DNA of 64,000 nucleotides from Giardia intestinalis (Eukaryota): NCBI GenBank assembly GCA_000002435.2, contig CM018793.1; one strand, 5' to 3'. Shown piece by piece: positions 20,901 to 28,340 of this stretch (position 1 is its first letter; each line of letters starts with the position of its first letter). The notes under the pieces were generated by a model. It saw only the letters and a program-made list of their open reading frames with translations, ran no database searches and was not told where the DNA came from. The position numbers and the translations under genes were made by a program.

Positions 20901-21268
20901 TCGCCAGCAAGAAAGCCAAAGCTCCTTATGGAGCCAGGCAGAGTAATCTGGTTCTCTAGGACGATACTCAAATTAAAAACCTGGCCTCTACGGATGGTAG
21001 CGAAAAATCCAAAATCTTCATAGCTTTCACCAATCTCGAGAGATGATATCAGCAACGAATTACCGTTTCCGTCAAGGCTCCCGGAGAACTCCTTAATGGG
21101 GATGTGGGTGCGCGGAACTGTAATATTCTGTTCCATCTTAAAATCGCAGCAGGGACAGGCGCGTATCTGTGCCAGATCACTCTCCGTCGAGAGGGACACA
21201 ATATCGGCCTTGGGAATGCAGGCGCCCAGTGTTGTGGCCAGGATCGCAGCGAGTGCACGCACCCACAT
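17957..21268 (-). CDS. Large surface/membrane protein with four parts: a signal peptide, about 15 GLUG-like glycine-rich beta-helical repeats ('VGG[LIAF][IVA]G...'), an EGF-like Cys-rich stalk, and a single TM helix with a short cytoplasmic tail. It is not a canonical VSP (no CRGKA).
   Basis: The N-terminus 'MWVRALAAILATTLGAC' is signal-like. Motifs VGGLIGS, VGGAIGS, VGGFVGV, VGGIVGM, AGGLAGW, VGGAVGY, SGGLAGR, VGGLIGD, TGGIVGL, YGGIAGS, VGGFAGS and others recur about every 20-45 aa across roughly 19170-20820. A C-terminal Cys-rich region 'CKCGLGTAGLTCAIPFCRG...CVCAQGFYSLDNQC' follows. The TM segment is 'TITLLILLLIVGALVIYFGLA', with a 37-aa tail ending '...TISAL'. Confidence 0.8.
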   Translation of the reverse strand: MWVRALAAILATTLGACIPKADIVSLSTESDLAQIRACPCCDFKMEQNITVPRTHIPIKEFSGSLDGNGNSLLISSLEIGESYEDFGFFATIRRGQVFNLSIVLENQITLPGSIRSFGFLAGDAVDPYLYNVALLSDSSGSAKITINSLQANSDGQPMFVGGLIGSVLLEAHTFENVFSKANLTVYSRSSAPLTVGSIFGSVGGSQRVSSIRVDSLSGLNVSAHNTKTLIVGGAIGSAEGSRMVSTSAALGLGLRVDIGTATSAMVGGFVGVAAQLKNVNTSWDSVNCYGTDGADSASNCIVGGIVGMLRSTADDTRVSGNLATHSIGTVGCYYASICYAGGLAGWMENSDLNEGSTSMNVSVHSVQMCHVGGAVGYTNGGIFTAVSAAAYSVSANSNKTIIDSAAVYLTVVGGAIGSVERKALSEYFELYRVYARVSTLSAEGKGAIVSGGLAGRVVSFAVYVNDMTYESDVDSGGSIIRCGSTIDNYSVSVPSTGGAEPLLDLYLSVGGLIGDLKLGRVSSCHHYSTNFIVNARNNGGYTGGIVGLCLSAHIDSSLANIGTMKVSSDEAQSLLYSFVGGAVGSLTNHSSLKESYANVNSTTVSSSSGISYGGIAGSIRNSTATTSFAIIKAVSLTRKAASTKRLSYVGGFAGSCRMGAEVVASWTRAKITLVDEVTDSSAKPLLVGGFTASTGDTYIGQSYSETELILNKENKNCGRFAGYLYSNTNFSYNLALTKISLSTEATPAYVPRGFCGNASQYYLKKGTKQDNKMRILGCIAYKTDGETPDDSPLPSTSTEDVIPTNTNYTNGVSYHTETDLKTNTPYAKWTNVIQTTAKPNRYNVTANLLPVLTQLPTLSASRTLFTSTYTLSIPVCTYTYGCWTNGSECLWKNKLDNAYNTLPVPKRTVNECLGLSACKSSFPGIVTCSRGVPVSKDFLCIKCGADKDCVTFDSSDPSTCDTTENTCKCGLGTAGLTCAIPFCRGPSQKCNDPKIGTCTAVSGISRCVCAQGFYSLDNQCVERHSNWNRVPYNSNDSLRRSGDISVAPTITLLILLLIVGALVIYFGLASCGKVHLPCQSKSAMAASGSYLRVSDSTRTISAL

Positions 21269-21588
21269 TTTATTTCCGAAGGAATGAATTAATTATAATA
21301 TCTTCAAGAAGACAAACCCATTGACCGTTGATTTTAGTAAGACGCTGCAGAGGGGCCACTAGCCCTTCTGTTGTAGAGAATGCCAAGTTCAGCTTCGAGT
21401 TTTTTTGAAGTATACGTTCTTCATAAGTACGACCCCTGATCAAAGGACTTCAGGTGAAGAACGTGACAAGCATCATTAGTGTAGAGGGCCATGGGGTAGA
21501 CTAGAATATTTCATGTTGCTTGAATAGAACAAGTATAATGCTATTGAAATATGTAAAGCGTGCAAGAGGGCGTGCTTCGTTTCTCTAA

Positions 21589-22869
21589 TCACAATGTGTT
21601 TGCTGAAAGATGACTGTCAGTGAGGGTGTTGACCACAGGAAGCAACTGCTTAACCGCAATATTGTTTTTATCCAAAACCTGGCGCATGGCACTGATGCTT
21701 CCTTGACTATTTCTCTGTAGCGCAATATCAATCGCTGTTTGCCCTTCATCATCTGCCATTAGAGGGTCGCATCCAAATTCCAGCAACATCTGCACCGAGG
21801 CAGGGTCTTCTTGAAGTGCTGCATAGTGGAGCGGGGTCCTCTTCCTGTGATCCTGGATATTGCATGCAAAACCTCCGCCGTGGCAAAGTACAAATCGTAG
21901 CGCCTCCGTATATCCCGAGGCGGCCACAAGATGAAGTGGATAGGTTTTCTTTCCTCGGGTTCTGCTGTGCTCTAAACTCCCCAGTAGCTCCGGAGTCACG
22001 GAGTGAAGTACCATGAGGCTGTTCGAGTCTCCGTTTTTGCAAGCATAATGGATGGGCAAGTAGCCTTCAGATGAATAAGTGAATTCGGTAATGCCAGAAA
22101 TATCTAAGAGAAGTTTCAATAAATCTGTGCTGCGGTTAATGGCTGCAATGTGAAAAACCGTTTGATTGTCTGGTGTCGTAGATTGAAAGTATTCTGTTAG
22201 ATTGCTCGTGCGGAAATATGTATCTAAAAAAGAGGGTGTACCTTGTCGTGGTGTGGTTGCTTCGTCTGAAAGTAAGGGTGTATACTTTGTGAATGCAACC
22301 AAATGTGATAAGATTGTTCGTGTTAAAACAGTGTTACATTCTTGGACGGCAAGCATAAGAGGTGTCCGTCCGTTTTCTGAGGTTACAGACGCCAACTGTG
22401 GATTCCACGAAAGAAGTATGTTAACTATATCGACCATAGATTGGTAGTCGCGATGTCTGCATGCGTTATGGATGCATGTATATCCATTATTGTCCCGAAC
22501 TAGTGGATTGACCCCAAACTTCAGCAACATCTGGACCATTGTGGAGTCCCCATTTAGCACTGCTATATGCAGGGCAGTTTGTCCCTGTGCATTCACTGAA
22601 TTGCAGATTTCAACCCGCTCAAACTTCGAAATTGTGATATAATTCATCAACGATTGCACGTCAGCCGCTGCCTTTCTAAGAACACAGTGATGTAGTACAT
22701 GATTTCCTTCCACGTCATGATATCTAAAAAGGGCTTGTGGGTTTTTCCTCGCCTGTCTTAGAGTGTACCGGAACAGCAGCCCTCCCCGCTTAGACCCATG
22801 AAACGCCCGGATGATATCAGAAATTCTAACGGTGCCAGCTGGAGTGGACTTTGGGGTACAAAGTGGCAT
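21589..22869 (-). CDS. Ankyrin-repeat protein (Giardia 'protein 21.1' type).
   Basis: Multiple ankyrin repeats are present ('GQTALHIAVLNGDSTMVQMLLKFGVNP', 'NGYTCIHNACRH', 'GRTPLMLAVQ', 'GYLPIHYACKNGD', 'RTPLHYAAL'). Confidence 0.85.
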   Translation of the reverse strand: MPLCTPKSTPAGTVRISDIIRAFHGSKRGGLLFRYTLRQARKNPQALFRYHDVEGNHVLHHCVLRKAAADVQSLMNYITISKFERVEICNSVNAQGQTALHIAVLNGDSTMVQMLLKFGVNPLVRDNNGYTCIHNACRHRDYQSMVDIVNILLSWNPQLASVTSENGRTPLMLAVQECNTVLTRTILSHLVAFTKYTPLLSDEATTPRQGTPSFLDTYFRTSNLTEYFQSTTPDNQTVFHIAAINRSTDLLKLLLDISGITEFTYSSEGYLPIHYACKNGDSNSLMVLHSVTPELLGSLEHSRTRGKKTYPLHLVAASGYTEALRFVLCHGGGFACNIQDHRKRTPLHYAALQEDPASVQMLLEFGCDPLMADDEGQTAIDIALQRNSQGSISAMRQVLDKNNIAVKQLLPVVNTLTDSHLSANTL

Positions 22870-22903
22870 TTTCTTATAGCAAAGTCCGGCATAGCTCGCA
22901 TAT

Positions 22904-23812
22904 TTACTTTCGCTTCGTAAGTGTTATGCCACGGCCAACGGGCCTCTTAGTCGATGGGGGAGGCTCGCTACTACTATCAGAACTAGACTCATTGTCTACA
23001 GACGCTGGTGCTACGGGAGCGCTTTCCTTTGGATGCTTTGTCTTCGATGTGGCAGAAGTCCAATTCTGATCTCTGCTACTGTCAGTGGACGTTTCTTCGC
23101 TACTGCTCTCTGTCACCTTAGAAGCGACTGCATCGGCTCCCCGAGGATTTTTCTTCCGTAATCTCTCCAGTTCTGCCTCAGGGATCCCATGGCCCCACTT
23201 TTTCTCTGGCCTGGCCTCACCTAGACCAAGCCAGCCTTTCGCTTTGTTAAATAATCCAAGTGCGCCAGTACCTATCCCTGTCTCGAGGTCCTTCTGGGCA
23301 GCAAACTCGGCCTCCTTCTTTCGGCGAATCTTTTCTGCCTCTGCTTCTTTGGCCTTCCGCTCCTCTATTGCCGCCTCCTCTGCGGCGCTGTGCATATCCA
23401 ATCGTTCGCGTACAGATCTAAGGGAGATAGGCCTATCTGCAAAGCCAAACTGCACTGTCTCGTCTAGGACAAAGAGAGCATCAAAAAGGGTTTCCCGACT
23501 ATCCAGGGGCCCGAGTTCATTAAGAAGATCAACAAGCACGGCGGCTGTGTCACTAATGTCTGCGATGTTAACATGTCGCTTACAGACTAAGGCAAGATAG
23601 TGATCGTACAGAAGCTTCCGATAAGTGCAGATAAAACCCTCTACCTCCATGGACCCCGCTGCTTTGCTCTCAACACTGAGTGAGGGGTCCTTAAGAAATC
23701 TGTACAGAGTGGTCCAGTAAGAAGTAGAGGACCCAACAGATCCAGGTATGTAAGTCCTGGAAACAGAAACTGATCCGTCTCCATCAATGAGCGACGCTGC
23801 CAGGATACTCAT
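22904..23812 (-). CDS. Hypothetical protein with a longin/SNARE-like N-terminal domain, a charged coiled-coil, a possible degenerate G-patch-like 'GWLGLGE...GHGIP', and an acidic/Ser-rich tail.
   Basis: An ORF with an A/T-rich start context. 'MSILAASLIDGDGSVSVSRTY' resembles a longin-domain start. The rest is low-complexity. Confidence 0.65.
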   Translation of the reverse strand: MSILAASLIDGDGSVSVSRTYIPGSVGSSTSYWTTLYRFLKDPSLSVESKAAGSMEVEGFICTYRKLLYDHYLALVCKRHVNIADISDTAAVLVDLLNELGPLDSRETLFDALFVLDETVQFGFADRPISLRSVRERLDMHSAAEEAAIEERKAKEAEAEKIRRKKEAEFAAQKDLETGIGTGALGLFNKAKGWLGLGEARPEKKWGHGIPEAELERLRKKNPRGADAVASKVTESSSEETSTDSSRDQNWTSATSKTKHPKESAPVAPASVDNESSSDSSSEPPPSTKRPVGRGITLTKRK

Positions 23813-23941
23813 CGCAGTCCCGCAATCTTTACAGGAAAGGTCTAAAGACTCAGTGGGTGCAAAGCCTTACTGGCGGTATATTTTTTACAGGGATTTAAAA
23901 TTTTACTAGTTGATTAACATATAAACTTAATTTGAAATCCC

Positions 23942-24397
23942 ATGAGTGAGGAGCACAAGGATCAAGGAAAGGGAAAGCCTGACCACGCCACAAACCGACA
24001 CGAGCCAACCAAGAACGATCGCAAGCCGAACAATCCGTCGTATGGAGAGCGTAAGGGCGGCCACGGCAAGGGTGGCGAGAACCAGACCGATCCTCGTTCT
24101 CGCATGCGCGGCGATCAAAACGACCGTACCGCTAAGCAGGAGGAATGGGAGAGACAGAGGCAGGAGCGCTTTGATGAAAAGCAGAAGGAGATAGAGGATA
24201 TGAATGCAGAGAATGAGGGGCGCCTGACCTACGCCAAATTCAAGGAGAGTAATGCGATGTTCAGCGTTACTGCTGCGTCAGCTGTCAAGATCGAAAAGCA
24301 TGGAAAGCTCCCGGCAGATCTCATGGAGCTCCTCAACAAGCGCCCCCCGAAGCGCAAGGAACACATTTTGGGCGGCTGTGTCATCAAGCCAGAGTAA
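23942..24397 (+). CDS. Small basic/charged hypothetical protein (151 aa).
   Basis: The A/T-rich initiator is 'taatttgaaatcccATGagtgag'. The stop codon TAA is embedded in the poly(A) signal AGTAAAC (24393-24399). Confidence 0.6.
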   Translation: MSEEHKDQGKGKPDHATNRHEPTKNDRKPNNPSYGERKGGHGKGGENQTDPRSRMRGDQNDRTAKQEEWERQRQERFDEKQKEIEDMNAENEGRLTYAKFKESNAMFSVTAASAVKIEKHGKLPADLMELLNKRPPKRKEHILGGCVIKPE

Positions 24398-24408
24398 ACG
24401 CATGAGGT

Positions 24409-26253
24409 TCACTCGTATATAGGGTATGGCAGCGACGAGTATATGGCGTAGAATGTCTCCCCGATCTTTTCGCCAATCGTGAGCCAGTGCTTCGGGGTAT
24501 AAATGACAGGCTTTACAGTCCGCTCATCTGCATCGGTCTCGTTATCTTCATCATCTGCCTCTTCGAGGAGCCGGACGTTGAGATCTGCATGGTCGAGGCT
24601 AGGGTCGGGTCCATGGGAGTTTGTGACCTCCATCCCATAAACGTATGGCCCATTGTCCTGGCAGTATTGCTTCCCTAGTAAATTGAAGATTCGCCGCAGA
24701 CTCCCTGGAGTGTCCCGAAGCTGAACCCCTACCTTATCATCTTGACGTATAGCTCCAAAGGCCAGACACTTCTTGGCAAGCAGAGTCGGAAAAACTAACT
24801 CACATATGTGTCGCCGGTTACCACATAAGACACATGAGTCGGGGTTATAGAACAGGAACCCGCCGCTGAGACAGCTATGAGAGTGCAAGTCTAATACATA
24901 ATCTAGTCGCAACCCCGCCAAGATCTCTGTGCCAGGCTCCCAGGAAATGGTCAAGTCATCAGATGTCTTGATCGATCGCTTAAAAAGGGATGCTGATGAT
25001 GTCTGAGGAGGGGTGACTGTGTCTCCCCGGACTGCCCCCGACTCTGGAGTTGTTGGTGCAAAAAGGTCCTCCGTTAGATTAAGAGACGAGGCTACATCTA
25101 AAAGAGACTTGTTTAGAATCTGCCGTGTAAACCCCGATTCTGCGTCTTCTTTTCTAGAATACTGTGCATAGCCTTTATACGAGAGGATTAGATTGAGGAA
25201 CAGTCTGCGCAACTTGTAGGCTTCCTTGTGGAACTCAAGGCTAGGATTCTTATAACAACGATTGAGGTCATAACCAGACGCATTTGCCCGGTAGTTCCCA
25301 GCTGAGCACCCGTCTGGATTCACCATCGGGATCAGAATAAACACGACCTTTTCCCGCAAGAACTTTGCCCGGGGATCATTAGTGGTTAGATATTCTAGTA
25401 GTCCATGCATAACAAAGGATGATGGGACTTCTCCTGAGTGTACTCGGGCTGTTACTAAAACGACCCTCTTGTCCTTGGTCTGCCAGCCAAAGTTAGTGTT
25501 GATTGACCTGGGAGAAGTGTGCATTGATGTAGTCCCAAGGCCACTTGCTCCTGCTGCAGTTGCCGTCCCCACAGAGCTAAGGGCACTGGCAGCACGGTTG
25601 GCTCCGGTACTCACTGAACTAGAAATGTTAACTGCTGATGTTGACATGCCACCACGAGTGAAGTTGGATGAGCTTCTATCTACGGATACTACCACTGGTG
25701 TGCTTGTGCTAGTTATTGGCTGCATGGTGTGAATGTCTTGGCTAATAAGAACCACCTGTATATCGTTCCCAGCAGTGGTGCGTCCTAAGCTGACTATCTT
25801 TGTGTAACTAAGGCGGTGGTCTTTTATGCGAGCAAGAAACTTTGTGAGCATGGAGTAAGTGTAAGGGTATGTGAAGGCAAAGAAGTAATTCTCGTCTTTA
25901 TCAAATTGGAAGAGAAAGGAAAGCACTCGGGATTGCGTCTTTAGTTTATGCCGTGGCACCACGTTTCCATACCAGCACAGGGACTTCGGGATGTGCTCCC
26001 ACTTCGTTCGTGATGTAGACCGCACGAGTGGTGTTTGCTCTGTCTGGAAGGTTGTAGTTATCTTACTGAAGCCTATGATGTGAAACAGAAAGGGCTTGTT
26101 GATGACTATAGAGTTTACGCAGAAGTAGAACCAAAGGCAGGAGTTTGAACCGGCATCCGGCCGGACATATAAATCGTACTCACAAGGACTTATCCGTTCA
26201 AAGGATTGTAGATTACCTCCTTCAAATTTAGCCTCAAAGTTTAGATCTAGCAT
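24409..26253 (-). CDS. Cytosolic carboxypeptidase (M14 family, Nna1/CCP-like). Candidate tubulin deglutamylase.
   Basis: The N-domain motif 'FEAKFEGGNLQSFERI' (the 'FESGNL' hallmark) is present. The M14 catalytic core is 'VTARVHSGEVPSSFVMHGLLEYL...FILIPMVNPDGCSAGNYRANASGYDLNRCY'. Confidence 0.85.
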   Translation of the reverse strand: MLDLNFEAKFEGGNLQSFERISPCEYDLYVRPDAGSNSCLWFYFCVNSIVINKPFLFHIIGFSKITTTFQTEQTPLVRSTSRTKWEHIPKSLCWYGNVVPRHKLKTQSRVLSFLFQFDKDENYFFAFTYPYTYSMLTKFLARIKDHRLSYTKIVSLGRTTAGNDIQVVLISQDIHTMQPITSTSTPVVVSVDRSSSNFTRGGMSTSAVNISSSVSTGANRAASALSSVGTATAAGASGLGTTSMHTSPRSINTNFGWQTKDKRVVLVTARVHSGEVPSSFVMHGLLEYLTTNDPRAKFLREKVVFILIPMVNPDGCSAGNYRANASGYDLNRCYKNPSLEFHKEAYKLRRLFLNLILSYKGYAQYSRKEDAESGFTRQILNKSLLDVASSLNLTEDLFAPTTPESGAVRGDTVTPPQTSSASLFKRSIKTSDDLTISWEPGTEILAGLRLDYVLDLHSHSCLSGGFLFYNPDSCVLCGNRRHICELVFPTLLAKKCLAFGAIRQDDKVGVQLRDTPGSLRRIFNLLGKQYCQDNGPYVYGMEVTNSHGPDPSLDHADLNVRLLEEADDEDNETDADERTVKPVIYTPKHWLTIGEKIGETFYAIYSSLPYPIYE

Positions 26254-26301
26254 TAGGCGCCCGTTCTATGGCTCACTGACCTTGAAAGTCAATTTTATAA
26301 G
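26254..26301. promoter_or_regulatory. 48-bp bidirectional promoter between the divergent carboxypeptidase (-) and the 310-aa gene (+).
   Basis: The spacer contains the A/T-rich 'caattttataag' immediately upstream of the ATG at 26302. Confidence 0.45.
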
Positions 26302-27234
26302 ATGATCCGGATAGCCGGGTTGTTAGCCCTTACTCAGCGCTCTGCGCTTCTTAAAGTATCCAGTGGTAACGAGCGCCCTGGAGACCGCAGTTATAATGTT
26401 TCTAAAAATGAGGAGCACATGTTGACAGGGGCGACTGAGAGAGTATTTACTAAATTGCTGATTGAACACCTCCCTAAACAATGCAAGTCACACTACTGGT
26501 CATTTCAGGACCTAATGAATAACGATGTCAAGGGGGCTATATCTTCAGGAGAGCCTGCAGCTGCCACCTTCATTTTCTTCTCAGGCTTGGAACAGGTTGA
26601 CGTCACCACAGAGCTCCTTGCAAAGCTCGATGAGCTATTATTTACACACGAACATCTAGCCATTGTGTGTTTTATCACCTCTGAGCTGATACCCTACACA
26701 TTTATGCGATTCTTCGATATATATGAGGATCTAAGCGCGTTGGCAGGTGGTGAAGACCTGCAAAACCATAAGGTGTGGAGCCAACTTTCAGCTAAGTTAA
26801 GGGAACAGACAGTGACTAATGATAAGATTGATAAAATACCGATTCACCCTAAACTCACAGATAGTATCTATAGTATCGTAATGAGCATTCAATCAACTGT
26901 CTTTTATCATGACGTGTTACTACTTCCTGCAGACGGAGAAGATGGCGCGCCGAAAACCTTTGAGCTGACACCCGTTAAATTAGATCTCTACTTAATAAGA
27001 GTCATTGAATACTGGGCCAGGGCGATTGCATACTATGACACCCTTCTGAGCTCCTCCCCCCTCAGGCCAGTTGTCCTTCCAGCTCACGTCTCTGAGGCTC
27101 GCAGACTGGTGTTAACCCATAGGGTGGCCACACTCCCTCTTACTGAGCTCACACTCGAAGAAAGAGGCCGGATGCCAGAGTCCTTCGCGTACCTTTACAG
27201 GCTCCGTGCGATGCTTGAAGCTCTGCCTTTGTAG
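26302..27234 (+). CDS. Hypothetical protein (310 aa) with an N-terminus resembling an organellar presequence.
   Basis: An ORF with an A/T-rich start context. 'MIRIAGLLALTQRSALLKV' is amphipathic and basic. There is no domain hit. Confidence 0.6.
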   Translation: MIRIAGLLALTQRSALLKVSSGNERPGDRSYNVSKNEEHMLTGATERVFTKLLIEHLPKQCKSHYWSFQDLMNNDVKGAISSGEPAAATFIFFSGLEQVDVTTELLAKLDELLFTHEHLAIVCFITSELIPYTFMRFFDIYEDLSALAGGEDLQNHKVWSQLSAKLREQTVTNDKIDKIPIHPKLTDSIYSIVMSIQSTVFYHDVLLLPADGEDGAPKTFELTPVKLDLYLIRVIEYWARAIAYYDTLLSSSPLRPVVLPAHVSEARRLVLTHRVATLPLTELTLEERGRMPESFAYLYRLRAMLEALPL

Positions 27235-27413
27235 TCATCGCTAGGGCACAGACTAGTATAAGAGTAAACTATCGGAGTGGGTAGGTAAAGGAAGGTTGAA
27301 GATACATGTTCTTTGTACGTATAATAATCATAAGAAAAAGTACATTTAATATAAGACTAAACGTATAGCAAGGTTGCTAGTCAACACTTTTCTTCCGGTC
27401 TTCTATTTGAGCT

Positions 27414-28250
27414 ATGTCACGCTTTCCAGAGGTCGACGAGGATCTGTGCATAGGTTGCAATGTGTGCGTACAGGGATGTCCCACTCAGTGCATAGAGGTT
27501 AACGCAGAAACGAGGAAACTTGTCTTCAGAGCCAAGGAGACGTGCATTAGTTGTGGACACTGTGCGTCCGTTTGCAGGACCGCAGCCATATCGATGTTTG
27601 GCATCCTACCAGATACCGTCGAGGAAGAAATCATGGCAGACAAGCCTGTAGTACGAAGCATTAAGATGGCAAGACAGCACAGGTTTTTCAGGTCAACATC
27701 CATTTCACCACAAGAGGTCTTAAGGATTCTCAATATAGCGAAGTACTCTGGAGCCAATGCCTACAATTCCGCCTTCCATTTTACCGCCGTGGACCTCAAA
27801 CGAAACAATGTGGATGCGGTCATTGAGGTGTTTGTGACTGCGCTATCGAAAACTTCAAAGTATGCATGGCTGCCCAAAGTACGCGCACATGGAGGTGACC
27901 CCATTTTTCACGGTGCACCCTGGCTTATCTTGATATCGACAGGACACAATGAGGATGATCCTAAGGATGATGGTCCAGGTCTAGATGCATTTACACAAGC
28001 TCACATGCTATATCGGGACCTGCAGCTTCACTCAGAGATACGCGGATACGGGACTCACTTGTGTAGGATCCTTCAGCCCCATCTAAACGATGTTCAAAGC
28101 CTGTCTGACTCTTGTCCAAACATATTTGATGTACCTCAGTCGCACACCGTTCTCCTCGCGTTTGTTCTGGGAATTGGGGCTATGAAGTACCACAGGCCAC
28201 TTCTCCTTCCAGACTTAGTCGAAGGCATAGACGTAACGTTTGTGGAATAA
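27414..28250 (+). CDS. Ferredoxin-nitroreductase fusion (Fd-NR / GlNR-type): an N-terminal 2x[4Fe-4S] ferredoxin domain plus a bacterial NADH nitroreductase-family domain.
   Basis: Two CxxCxxCxxxCP motifs are present: 'CIGCNVCVQGCP' and 'CISCGHCASVC'. A nitroreductase fold follows ('RFFRSTSISPQEVLRILNIAKYSGANAYNSAFHF'). Confidence 0.9.
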   Translation: MSRFPEVDEDLCIGCNVCVQGCPTQCIEVNAETRKLVFRAKETCISCGHCASVCRTAAISMFGILPDTVEEEIMADKPVVRSIKMARQHRFFRSTSISPQEVLRILNIAKYSGANAYNSAFHFTAVDLKRNNVDAVIEVFVTALSKTSKYAWLPKVRAHGGDPIFHGAPWLILISTGHNEDDPKDDGPGLDAFTQAHMLYRDLQLHSEIRGYGTHLCRILQPHLNDVQSLSDSCPNIFDVPQSHTVLLAFVLGIGAMKYHRPLLLPDLVEGIDVTFVE

Positions 28251-28340
28251 GCGAAGTAAACCATGAAGAGGAACTGAAAAGTGGAAAATGCAAAAATTGT
28301 ACACACCTCAGGGTAAACAGAGACCAGCGCTGAATGCCGA

